NCBI RefSeq assembly: GCF_009914755.1
Contig: NC_060926.1
DNA length: 64,000 nucleotides
DNA from: the human T2T-CHM13v2.0 reference genome, Homo sapiens
Direction: 5' to 3' (one strand)
The notes under the pieces were generated by a model, which did not search any database, had not been told where the DNA came from, and was given only the letters and a program-made list of their open reading frames with translations. Below are positions 14,859 through 27,390 of this stretch, piece by piece; positions within the stretch are counted from its first letter, which is position 1; the number at the start of each line of letters is the position of its first letter. A program made the position numbers and the translations under genes.

Positions 14859-15500
14859 CACGTTCCTCTAATAATAATAGCTTAACATTAGTAAGGTGCA
14901 TTTGTTGCAATTAATAAGCCAATATTGACACATTATATTTAATGAAAGTTTGTACTTTACTCAGATGTTCTTTGTATTTACCTCATGTCATTTTCCTGTT
15001 GCAAGATTACTTCCACAACACTACAGTTCATTTAGTTGTTGCGTCTCCTTAGGAGTCTCTCGGCTCTAACAGTTTATCAGATTTTCCTTGTTTTTGATGA
15101 CCTTGACAAATTTGAGGAATGCTGTCAGGTATTTTGTAGAATGCTCCTTGGCTGGGATTGTCCTGAGGTTTTCACACCGTTAGACTAAGGTTATGGGTTC
15201 ACACAGAGGTAAACTGCCATTTTTCGTATCAAAGGTACATGCTGTCAATATGACTTACCACTGGATATTAACCTTGATCACCTGACTGAAGGTGTTTGCT
15301 AGGTTTCTTCACTATGAAGTTACTTTTTTTTCTCTCTTTGCACACTCTTTGGAAGGAAGGCACTAGGTACAGTCTACACTTCAGAAGTGGGATTTATGCT
15401 CTATCTCCTTAAGAATAACTGCACAAATTATTTGAAAACTTTTTGCATAAGAGATTTGTCTTTTCTCCCCCATTTATTTATTTATCCAGTCATTTATTTG
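14735..15500 (-). mobile_element. L1MC/MD 3' UTR fragment
   Basis: 'ttttagaatagctttaaatttataaaaaattgcaaaag...agagagttcc' and 'ggatattaaccttgatcacctg'. Confidence 0.75.
14811..14856 (+). repeat. (AC)23 microsatellite
   Basis: Read directly. Confidence 0.97.
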
Positions 15501-15550
15501 AGTGACATAATTTGTATGTTGGTATAATGTCAGATAATTTCCAGGATGAG

Positions 15551-15890
15551 TGTCTTAATCCATTAGGGCTGATGTAACAAAATATCATAAACTGAGTGGC
15601 TTGTAAACAATAGAAATGTATTCCTCAGAATTCTAGAGGCTGGGAAGTTCAAGATCAATGCACCAGCATATTCAGGGTTTGGTAAACCTTCTTGCCGTAT
15701 CCTCAGGTGGTGGAGGGGTGACACTCTCCCTGGGGCCTCTTTTATTAAGGGCACTAATCCAAATCACTAGGGCTCCTCGCTCAGAGCCCCCAATCACCTC
15801 CCAGAGTCCCTAGCTCCTAACACCATCACCCTGGGGGTTAGGATTTTAACACATGAGTTATGAAGCAATGTAAACATTTAGTCCATCGTA
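15551..15890 (-). mobile_element. MLT1A0-like MaLR LTR
   Basis: Characteristic MLT1A body; perfect 5-bp TSD ATGAG at 15546-15550 and 15891-15895. Confidence 0.88.
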
Positions 15891-16309
15891 ATGAGGAATT
15901 GCGGAGTCAGAGGAATATGTGCTTGTCCTTTTGATGGATGTTGACAATTGCCCTTCAATGAGATGGCTCCAGCATACATTTCCGTAAGTGGTGGGTGGGC
16001 AGTGCCTATTTCACCCAGCTTTTCCCACATGGTGTATACATAAATTATTTTATTTTATTTTTTCACAGGTCTTAAATGTGGGAAATAGTCTACAGTTTGG
16101 AAGACACCAGAGAAAAATGCTCCACAGCTCGCCCTGGTGACTCACTACAACTTATGGGAAGATGTGAGATTATTCTGTATTCTAATGTATGTTAGAAGGC
16201 ACACTCCACCCAAAGCCTTCCTGTGTGTTCCTCCCTGTGAGCTCACATCCCGTTCACCAGCTGACTGGGAAGGGAAGTCAGGACCAGCCCTGACCCCATC
16301 ACACCATCA

Positions 16310-16470
16310 TAACCTCGGGATGGCAGGGCTGGAAGGCACCTCAGACGTCATCCTTTGCAGACTCTTCATTTTACAGTGAGAGGCATGACGTGTCCACAGC
16401 TGGTTAGTGCCAAAGCCTGGGACAGGCTTCACATTGTCCAGCTCTTAGTCAGAGCACTGTTGACAATGTC
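16310..16470. mobile_element. MIR fragment
   Basis: 'ggctggaaggcacctcagacgtcatc...ttcattttacag'. Confidence 0.6.
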
Positions 16471-17087
16471 TGCCTTCACTTGGAATTCAGCACCTGCTTT
16501 CAGTATAAACCCCTGCATTTCACTAAAACTGAGCAGACTGCTGGTTTAAAAAAGAGAGGTCCATCCAGCAGGGATGATGCTTTTCCTCGTTGAAAGAGGA
16601 CATTCACCTAATGGGAGACCTGGAGTCAGAATCTTTCTGATGTGTGACTTGGCACAGTAACACAATGCAGGATGCTGGTGTGTTAATAAAAATAAAAATT
16701 GCATCGCCTACCTCAGAGTCGACAACAATGTCAAGGAGTTAATGTGAGTACATCTGAAAATGTTACTAATCATGATGATGATATCAATGTCTTTTATTTG
16801 CAAGTTCCATTTGTTTTTACTGAAATAATTACTCCTGAGTGGGGCTAGAAGCCAAGCACTTGACAAGTTTGCTCTTTGAACCAGTATGGTTGTGATGTGA
16901 TTTGGAGTTCCTGCTACTCCTCTCCTCTAAATTTCTTGGATTGGAAACTGTCACTCTTCAGTTAGGAATGCTGAACGGATCCCAATGCTTTAGCGGTGGC
17001 CTGGACAGAATGAACTAGGGAGGCTACCACATTTGTTTAAAAGTGCACTGTTCTAGACATCTCTATAAGGAATAAATTACTGGGCTC

Positions 17088-17440
17088 TGTGCTAATCTGT
17101 TTGTATGGCTATAAAGGGATACCTGAGGCTGGGTGATTTATAAAGAAAAGAGATTTAATTGGCTCATGGTTCCGCAGGCTGTATAGGAAGCATGGTGCCA
17201 GCATCTTTTTCTGGTGAGGGCCCCCAGAAGTTTAAAATCATGGTGGAAGGTGAAGGGGGTGCAGGTGCATCACATGGCAAAAGCAGGGGTGGAGTCAGAG
17301 GGGAAGTGTTCCATGCTCTTAAACAACAACCAGATCTTGCATGAACTCAGAGCCACAACTCAGTTATCACCAAAGGGATGGTACTAGGCCATTCAGAAGG
17401 GATCCACCCTGATGAATGATCTAATCACATCACAACCATA
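17088..17440 (-). mobile_element. MST (MSTA/B-like) LTR, truncated
   Basis: 'gctataaagggatacctgaggctgggtgatttataaagaaaagag...ggctcatggttccgcaggctg'. Confidence 0.85.
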
Positions 17441-17565
17441 CTGGTTCAAATACAGATGTGCTGATTGTTAAAAGACCGAACTACTTCTTTACTGGTTGGT
17501 AAATAGTCACTGCTTCAAAAACCCAGGGTGACACCCCATTTTGATCACTTCTTGTTCACCCCATT

Positions 17566-18023
17566 TGTGAGGGAGAGATTCCCCACCCTACACAGAATGA
17601 GATGGCTGAACATGATACCCAACAATGGACAGATGAGATTAACAGCAGTTTAGTAGTCACATTTACTCACAGCTCACAGGAGGAGGATGCCAAATGCCTT
17701 GCAGGGCCACATGGAGATTGCACTTGGGAATAGAGTGAGCAAGCAGAGGCTGTAGGAGGCCGACTCTGCAGTAACAAGAGGGTGAAGTGCCCCCTGATTC
17801 CCACTGGAGGAAGTAGTTGGTTTGTCTGAATACTTTTGTAGGCTTGCAGGGAACTAAAATTCACTAGGTTGAAGGCCACGTGGTGTGCAGCTGGTCTACA
17901 TGAGAGGTGAGTGAAGGGGTATATGTTACAAGACCAGGAGAATTCACAGTTAGGCCTTTTTGGGTCCTGTGAAGCTAAAACACGTCAAGGCAGCACATGA
18001 AATTTTAGGCCTTGTAATAAACA
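17566..18023 (-). mobile_element. ERVL-type LTR (MER74/MER73-like)
   Basis: Reverse strand begins 'tgtttattacaaggcctaaaatttcatgtgctgccttgac'; family assignment is from memory. Confidence 0.5.
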
Positions 18024-18119
18024 CGACCACTCACTTTCCAGCCCTGTACCCAGCTTGCATCTGGATTGCCCCAAGATCCAGCAACAAAAGCATTAATGTG
18101 TGGTACAGCAGAAACCTCC

Positions 18120-18212
18120 AGTCCCTGATCCAGCACAAAGGCTACTTGCTGTCCTTCTGATTTGGTCATGCACATGCTTTACCAGCTGTTAAATATTTTG
18201 AATATCATCCTG
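18120..18212 (-). mobile_element. Small ancient hAT-like MITE (MamRep1894-like); related copy at 51617
   Basis: Reverse strand 'caggatgatattcaaaatatttaacagctgg...accaaatcaga' matches 51617 'cagggtgatattcaaagtatttcaccgctgg...accaatcaga'. Confidence 0.5.
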
Positions 18213-18448
18213 GCCACAGCCATTAACACATGGTAGAGCACTGTGACTCAGACCCTTTTTCTCTCCTCCTCCTTGTCCAAAGCTCCCAGGAGTTTTATTC
18301 TTCCTGTTGACTGTACAATTGGAATGGCCTGAAAAATCCTTATCTCCCCCATCCCTTCTTTAAAACCTTGTTCCATCCAGTTGGAACTAGAAAGGAGAAT
18401 GAATTAATTCATACTGAGTTGCTGGTTATTCACTATTTCCAGGAATAT

Positions 18449-18515
18449 TTGTGTTTTAAGAATAGACTCTGCTTTAAAGGAATTGTGTTTTAAAGAGTAG
18501 ACTCTGATTTAAAGG
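18449..18515 (+). repeat. Imperfect ~33-bp tandem duplication
   Basis: ttgtgttttaagaatagactctgctttaaagg / ttgtgttttaaagagtagactctgatttaaagg. Confidence 0.85.
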
Positions 18516-18706
18516 CAAGCCATGAGCCTGCAAGCCAAACCTAGCCCACACCTGCTTATGCACAATTCTCAAGCAAAGAATGATGTTTATATGTTAAATG
18601 TTAAAAAAGAAAAGAAGAAAGAACATGCGATGAAGACTATATGTGGCCTGTTAAGACTAAAATATTTACTATTTGGATCTTTATAGAAAAAGTTTTCTGG
18701 CTCCTC
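18512..18706. mobile_element. MER58-like hAT-Charlie MITE
   Basis: 'atgtggcctgttaagactaaaatatttactatttggatctttatagaaaaagttt'. Confidence 0.75.
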
Positions 18707-19264
18707 ACTTAAAGCAAAGATTATCTAATGGTAGAAATGAGGACATTAATAATAGGCTAGGACACTGATTTTGGAGCAGGAGTTCTCATCTGGTTCAAGT
18801 GGAAATGCTAAAATCAGAGAGATAAACAGAGAATAAAACCAGATTAGAAAGCTGAAGTCGATAATGCCAAAAGGGCCATTGGCAGGAGAGTGTTCAGGAC
18901 CAAAGAGCTGAAAACAAATGTAAAGAGGCATAAGTATATTAGGGCAGAAAAGGTGGTTCTGGAAGGGTTGCCAAACCCATCCTGATATATATTGTTTTCT
19001 TAAGGGCCCAGGAGCTGGGGAGTCTTCAAAAAACAAAGGTAGACATAGATGGAATGTGCAACAGTGAATCAAAAACCATGTAAAACTGACCTACCTGAGG
19101 ACATAATTTTTTGTTCTCTTCTTACCCTCATATGCTGTTACAAAGAAGAGGACTGGAGGGTTTGAATGGTGTCTTCCAAACAAGACATCCTTGTCTTTGA
19201 AATATTAAATGCTAATAAAATTGGAACTTGATATGGCCTGGAATTGAGATAAAGAAAATGGGTA

Positions 19265-19568
<304 letters not shown>

Positions 19569-20169
19569 AAAGAAAATAGGTTAAAGTAACATGAATAAGA
19601 ACCTTTTTCATAGAAAGGATTGGAAAGGTGAGAATGAGTTTCTGAAGGACTACGTGGAGTTTCTCTTCCTGGAGCCACCTTATGGCAGTCTGTTGTGCCC
19701 AGGAGTAAGGCCTTCCTGGCACCTGTGAATCCAACTTGGCATTTCTGCCTCCTGGAACCCCAACAGAGTCTTGGAGGCAGGCTTCTGGCCCGGCATTTCC
19801 ACTACGTGCTTGCATGCATCTTTGTTTCGAAGGGAGGATTGGTGGGTGGGGTGCTGTAGTCTGGGAGACAGTGGGTGGTAAGAGTTTCCAGGAGGACAGA
19901 GACAGACTGATTGGCCCAGCTAGTTAGGGTGCATGGTGTTAATGAGGCCAGGTCATATCCCGGTCTCCCACCACACCCAGCCAGCAATCTCCTTTCAGGG
20001 GTCACAAATTTCACTCTTCCCCAGAAAGGAAGCGCCAAGGGAGAGGGTGGGGATAACTCCATGCAACCATCTTCTCTGCTGAAAGAAGAATCCTGCTGGT
20101 GGATGGTTCTTGGCCTCTTCCTTACATATATCATCTCTCATTCATTCAGGACATGAACACATAGGACAC

Positions 20170-20535
20170 TGCATCCGTTAGTTTTGGCTGGTTAACAACC
20201 TTCCCCAAAAACTGATGGGTTAAATCAATCACTGTTTATTTAATTGACAATCCTTTGGGTCAGCTGAGTAGTTCTTCTGGTTTAGGACATCTCAACTGAT
20301 CATTCCCCCACTTGCTTATGCATTTGCAGACAGCTGGAGAGTCTACAGGGGGCTGGATGACTTAGGATGGTCCCACTCACACAGTCTAGCAATTGCTTAG
20401 TTGTCAGTCAGGGTAATGTGGGACATAGGACTTTGTGTCTCTTATTCTCCAGTAAGCCAGCTTAACTTTCTTCCCATGCTTTGGTGGCAGAAGACCTAAG
20501 GGCAGCAAGAGAAGGCAAACTCCCATGCATATTGG
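20170..20535 (-). mobile_element. Old MLT1 (H/I/J-like) LTR fragment
   Basis: 'taacaaccttccccaaaaact...gggtcagctgagtagttcttctg...agcaagagaaggcaaac'. Confidence 0.6.
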
Positions 20536-20556
20536 CCTCTAAAAGTTACAAAAATA

Positions 20557-20875
<319 letters not shown>

Positions 20876-22614
20876 TTAGACTTATTCTAGAAACAGAAGT
20901 GATAAGATGGTATTAATACATTTTACACAAATGGTGGTTATTTTAATGCAGATGCTATACTCAATGCTTTACACATATTATCTCATTTAATCTCATGAGG
21001 TAGGCTGTAAGCATCTGGTCCAAATTCACTCTGCTATAAAGTGGAAGAGCCAATATTCAAACTCCAAACTTAAACCACTATCACACACAATCACAACTCA
21101 TAAATTTTAGGAATTGCATGCCTGTTCCAACCATGACACCATTGTTCAAAACTCCACCTAAATTCCTGTTGTCAAATCCACAGAGTCTTGGCAACACAGA
21201 GGCCACTGGACAGAGGCATAACCTTGCGTGGCAGCTGCACGGGAATTGGATTTGGCTCAGGTGTTTCAGATGACTAAGGTGAGTGATCAAGCTATATATT
21301 TTTGGATGACAACCAAAGTGTAATGAGAAAGAAAGATGATTCAGTTGTGTAGATTGTAAAGTTTTGTGTACCATTTCATCTTTGTAGTATTGGAATTGGG
21401 ATTTTTAGCTCTTGTTCATAGAGCCAATGCTGCTTAGTCTTTCTGAGACATCAGGCAAATTCTCTTTTTCCATGTTTCAGATTTCTCCTCTGTATAATAA
21501 GGGGCTTAGGTTCTACGGTTTCTAAAAGATCCTTCCAGTCCTAGAAATCTCTGATCCTACAATATATTACCCCTTAGAAATGATTATTTTAACGAAAAAG
21601 AATGTAAATTTCTCATCTTCAAAATAAAGACATGCCTTTTCCACTACCCCCACTCTCCCACTTTATGACATGGAGGAGATTGAGAAGATGCTGTTTAGTG
21701 ACAGACCAGATTCCTTTGGAGACCAGGGAGTTGGGGGGAGTACAAATATCATATTCAGGACAGAAATTCAGACTTCAATGCTGCAAGTCTTGCCTCTCAA
21801 CTCTCCATGCACTATCAATTTTATTATTTATCTACTGACTTTCCTGAGTAGGAAAGAGATCAGGTCAAGTAGCATACAATATCCTTCTTATTCCCCTGCG
21901 GATGTCTGAGGCTTCTTTCCCCTTTGGTCCAATCTGATTTGTATGTCTTCTGGGTTAATACCCCCAGAGTGCTCTAGGCTGCTTTCTGCCTAAATGTCAC
22001 ATAAATCAAAGTGTGTAATCTTGCAAGGGTGAGGAGTGGTGGAGAGTCAGCCAGGATCGAGATGCTAAGGACAGACTGAGCCATCCCATTTCCCCACTTC
22101 CCAGACCTTGTTCTTGCCCTCCTGCAAAGCCTTAGGAAGGCCTCATGGGGGGAGCTTGAACTCATTCCCACGCACTCCTGATGGTTCCAGCTACTCAACC
22201 TTTTACTAAATGGCTCTGCACAGCTGTTTCTAGTTACGTGTCTATTTACGTTGTTGGTGTACGTGTGCTTGTGTACCATGTGTGCATCTTATCCCCTCAG
22301 TTCCCCAGCTACCCGAGGCCTCCAGTGAATCCACATGATGTCATTTGGAATCCCAAGTGGAGGCAATCACAAAGCAACATAATGTTCAAATTCAGCAAGC
22401 ATTTACAAAGGTTGTATGCATCTTCTTTGTCATTCATAAAGGCAAGGGAAGTTAGAATTCAGGAAATAAGATGCAAAGACTCATGAATGTCTTCAGATTC
22501 CAAAAGAGTAAATTTTACTATTGGAGTACAGTTAGATTGTAATCCTCTTGAAACAGATACTTTTTCCTTTCTTAATCACCTAGATGACAAATGTAAGACT
22601 TACCCCTGACTTGG

Positions 22615-22710
22615 TCCATTGATTTGTTCATTCATTAATTCAACAACATTTACTAAGTTTCTCCATGTACACTGGACTGCTCAAAGCTCTATAGGAGATA
22701 CAGTAATGTG
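22615..22710 (-). mobile_element. L2 3' end
   Basis: 'ttcattcattaattcaacaacatttactaag'. Confidence 0.6.
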
Positions 22711-23044
22711 CTTTGCTGCCTCTGAATGGAGCAGTGTCCCTCCCAGCCTATGGGCATGGCTAAATTTTAGAAGGATTCTTCTGCTTGTCTTCAACTTCAA
22801 AGATCAGCCTGAACACGGAGTGAAATCACCAGTGTTCCTGGCAGGAAGAGACCCTGTTCCACACCCAACACATCATCCTAATAGTAGGCTTTTGACACAG
22901 TCCTATTAAATAATGAAGCATGTCTCTGTCTAAGTTTATATAATCAGTACTTCATAATTCAGAAACTTTGCCTCTCAGAGGTCGATCAGCAAGCTCAGTG
23001 AGTTCCTATAAACCAGTTTGAAAGGAATTACTGTCTGGAGGCAT

Positions 23045-23540
23045 ACTCCCCATTCTGCCTGCCATGGTTGCCAAATGGTGGCTTTTCTAATTTTTTCATT
23101 CCTTTCTGCATTTATTAATTGACTTTCTAATATAAGGAAGAGCTTTCTTTTCCTCCTACTCATTTAGTTAAATCAGATTTTTCTGATTTAACTAATAGGC
23201 TATAATCCTTTATTATTACAAATTTATTTTGATGTCCACGATGTCCCAGAGTTGGCCAGTAGAAGCGCCCACAATCTGGCTTCCGTATCCTTTTGAAATG
23301 TCTCCATCATTCTTTGGGAACATTCTTAATTTCTGAAAAAAAAAAAATATATTTCAGGTTCATCTTTTACTTTCTCTCCCTTAGCTACAGAATCAGTCAT
23401 TTTTTTTTTCAAAGAGCCCTAATTCCTTTTAGTAGAGAATAGTATTTAAAAACCAAGATCGGGAAGCCAGGTGGTCTCGCTGCACTGCAATTCCTTGGTT
23501 TTAGGCCCTCTAAGAATACACAGCTAGGAAATAGATTTAT

Positions 23541-23586
<46 letters not shown>

Positions 23587-23900
23587 GCATCCACATACAT
23601 CTCAATATTTATATCCACATAGGTCGATCTCTTTTTGTAGCTATCTAGATAGTATATGCCATGAGTTCTCACTGAAAGCTCCAATTCCAATCCAACACCA
23701 CTGAAGTGTTGCTAACATTTCCCCTCACCATGTTTGTAACTACCTTCTCTTATAAGGTGAACACTGGCTGCCATCTTCTATAATATATTTACTTATTTGC
23801 TCAATACTAGAATTCACACAGAATAGTTTCAGAATTGCTATCCTGTGCCTCTATGAAAAGCAAGCCTCCCTCCACAGAACCAATGATTGTTTAGAATTTT
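23045..23900 (-). mobile_element. L1MC/MD 3' region
   Basis: 'catggttgccaaatggtgg...ccaaggagccc'-like motifs and 'agaatagtatttaaaaaccaagatc'. Confidence 0.75.
23543..23584 (+). repeat. (AC)21 microsatellite
   Basis: Read directly. Confidence 0.97.
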
Positions 23901-26310
23901 ATTCTTTGGCCCGAGCACATCTTGTCAAAGAATACATGAGTTAGTTAGTTCTTTCTTTAGCATCAGGTTAGTTTTTCTTTAGCACCAGCCTTATTTCCCC
24001 TCTTCAACATCGCTTTGAGACATGCCCTGAATCTTTGTTTTAGCCATCTCCAAAATAAGCTAAAGCCTCATTTTTGGTGCTCTGGTGCTGCTGCTGGAGC
24101 CAACACATGTCTCTCTGGAACACCAAGTAAATATTCAATGCATGTTTGCTCACTCCGCCTTCCTGTGAAGCTAATCCAACAAATAGATGACAGAAATATC
24201 TTCATTTCCACAAATGCACTTGTGAGCTTATAATAAGAGTCTTATCTCCCAGGGCTATCCACATTCCCATGGCTTCCCCATTCCCCATGTTTAGATACCA
24301 AAATCCTTCTTCACTTTTAGACAAGTCTTAATTCATCTTCCCTATAAAGGCTTCGTAATACCTCTTTACCTAAACATAGAGCCTAGCCCCACAAATGCCG
24401 TGTTCATAGATTTAGAAGCTCGTTTCATATTTATCAAGTTCTCACATTCTCCATCTTTCATATTTTAAAATATTTATTTAATTAAATTTATGAGCCAGAA
24501 ATTGAAAAACATATGGAGTGAAGGGAAGGAAAGAAGGAAAAAAATAGCTCATTCATTCAACTTTTCCCAGCTGCCATTCCTGACTCGGGAGATTTGGCTG
24601 AGTTCTTGGTTAATGCCATGCAATAAAACTTCCATAGGATGCCAAATTTAGGTCCAGCATGAAAAGAAAACAAAATCCCTCCTATAAGACAAACTATTCA
24701 ATTTGGAAATGGGATTTTTTTTTTAAGTCCTGCGCTTAAACCTTCATAGTGATTGTTTCCACAAGGGCGAGAATCAGCCCACCCCTTGGAAAGCTTCTGA
24801 ATGGGGCAGTGTAGAAAATTTTAAGAAACATTTATTTCTCTGAATGGAGAACTGTTACTCTTGGGGGCTCTGCTTTCTCCTTTTTGGACAGAATCCACTC
24901 TGCCCTATCCCGGCTAGAAGAAGAAAAGGTGTAGCGTGCAGGCAGGGAGGACGAGTCCAGGTGCTGGACACTGCACAATGGGTCCTATTCTTTGTTATTT
25001 GCAATCCATCTTTCTCAAAGTTGGCTCACAAGAAGTACATCTCCTTGTGCAGTTAACCCGCTGGACTACCCTACCTGAGAACATGGGTGGGTACTTTCTC
25101 AACACATATAAGGTCCAACACATGACAAGTGACAGAGTGAGATGAAGCTTTCCAAACTGGCATGAGTTTTGTACAGTTTCATATATGGTCTGATTACCTG
25201 GTTACCTACGGTCTGGTCACCTGGTGACTTTTATTGTCCTGTCTCTACCTATGTATGTATGTATCTCCACCTATATACTTTTATTGTCGTATCTCTACCT
25301 ATGTTTTACACACACACACACGCACACACATTATATATATGTTATGTTGCAGTTATATTTTATTATCACTTTTAAGATGGAAAGTTTTGCATTCCAGGAA
25401 ACCCTCAGTCCTGAGAAGACTGGGGCATTAGATCACCCTGTGTTGCAGAGTTTTTCAAATGGCAAGTATTAATTATTATTTAGATTGCACATGTATTTAC
25501 GCCCCAAACTAAAATGCTCTGAAACCACATCTTTAATAGTTGGAATTCCAGGCCCTTTCTGTGGTTCCTTTGACCTGCTATTGCAGAGAATATTCTGTGG
25601 CTGTGAATAAATCTTGGCCAATCTTCTATAAGCAAGAAAGGAGCCCAGATGCTCCCCTCAAGATGAGACCCAGAAAGAGAAGTCTGGTTGTCACCACATG
25701 ATCTGCCAGGGTTTCCTAATGGATCTGCTATTTCAAATGACGAACCTGATTTGGCAAAGCCAGAGGCCCCTCTCATGACCTATGTGTAGTGAGAAGCTCC
25801 TCTGTGTGTCACTTGAATGTTGAAGGGTCATGGCATTTATTTTGAAATAATGATAACGCTTTGCTCACGGGACATACATGCCCATTTGGATCCAGGCAAG
25901 TTTTAGCTCAGGCAGCACACTGTTTTCATTACTTCTTTCTCATGGTGATGTACAGTCTAGTTTGTAAATCCAGACTTTCCCTTTCCTTGGAGTGAGTTCC
26001 TTCTCAGGAGTCTTGTTCTGCTGTCCTATGGCTTATCATCAGTTGGGAACATCCTAGTTTATTAGACACTGGGTGTGCAATACTCATACTGCCCATCTCT
26101 TCCTGTACCTATGGCTGCATGGATAAAAAGGGAAGGCGGGTCACCCATGTTTACCGGCCAGAAGCACTTGAACCCCAGAGGAAAACTCATCTATCACAGA
26201 GGGTGGGAAAGGAAGAGTTGAGGAGAGGGACTCTGCCATGGTAACTGGGCTGCAGGCCCTACGACCAGCCAAAATATTTTACTGCATGGCATTTTATAGC
26301 ACATAATCAT

Positions 26311-26692
26311 TGTCTTAGTCAGTCTAGGTGACTATAACAAATTACCATAGACTGGGTAGCTTATTTCACAGTTCTGGAGACTAAAAGGCCAAGATCAAGG
26401 TGTTGGTAAATCCAATGTCTGTTGAGGGCCCACTTCCTGCTTTGTAGATGTCCATCTTCTTCTTGTATCTTCACATGGCAGAGAACAGAGGGAGGAAGCA
26501 AGGTCTCTCATGTCTCTTTTAATAGGGCATGAATCCCATCATGAGGGCTCTATCTTCATGACTGAGTTACCACTTAAAGGTCCCATCTACAAATACCGTC
26601 ATCACATTGGGGATTAGAGTTTCAACATAATTGGATTCATGGAATCCAATTCCATGAATTTGGAGAGGGACATGAACATTCAGTCCATAGCA
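26311..26692 (-). mobile_element. MLT1A-like MaLR LTR
   Basis: 'tgtcttagtc...ataacaaattaccatagactggg...cagtccatagca'; TSD atcat/accat. Confidence 0.88.
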
Positions 26693-26873
26693 ACCATTCA
26701 TGCACTGGGGCTATGTAGGGGATAGACACTTTATTCAGCTGCAGATTCGTCTTGTACAAAGTTTCTCTTCTACGATGTCATCAAGGTCTCTCATCTGTTT
26801 GTCTTTTTCTTCCCCAAACACTATAATCTGAATGGGTTGAAACCATTTTCTGATGGAAATGTATACCTTAGAC

Positions 26874-27390
26874 CAGTGGTCCCCAACCTTTTTGGCACCA
26901 GGGACTAGTTTCACGGAAGACAATTTTTTCCACACACAGTGGGGTGGGGGATGGTTTCAGGATGATTGGAGCACATTGCATTTGTTGTGCACTTTGTTTC
27001 TAGTATTACATTGTAATATATAATGAAATAACGATACAATTCATCATCATGTAGAATCAGCAGGAGCCCTGAGTGTGTTTTCCTGCAACTAGGTAGTCTT
27101 ATCTGGGGGTCATGGGAGACAATGACAGATCATCAGGCATTAGATTCTCATAAGGATCACGTGACCTGGATCCCTCACATGCACTGTTCACAATAGGGTT
27201 TGTGCTCCTTTGAAAATCTAATGCCATCACTGATCTGACAGGAGCCAGAGCTCAGGCAGTAATGCAAGTAATGGGGAGTGGCTGTAAATTCAGATGATGC
27301 TTGTTTGCTGCTCACCTCCTGCTGTGCTGCCCAGTTTCTAGCACACCACAGACCATTACCAGTCTGTGGTCTGGGGGCTGGGGACCCCTG
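26874..27390 (+). mobile_element. MER1A hAT-Charlie element
   Basis: CAG...GTCCCCAACC / GGGGACCCCTG terminal repeats; 8-bp TSD ccttagac/cctaagac. Confidence 0.92.

Noticed and set aside
16045-16142. Strong polypyrimidine-CAG acceptor at 16068, and a possible micro-exon at ~48101-48149
   Set aside because: Isolated splice-like motifs are common; cannot be supported without transcript data.
22235-22265. Two TACGTG (HIF-like) hexamers; others at 19651 and 19803
   Set aside because: 6-mers alone are insufficient evidence of a hypoxia element.
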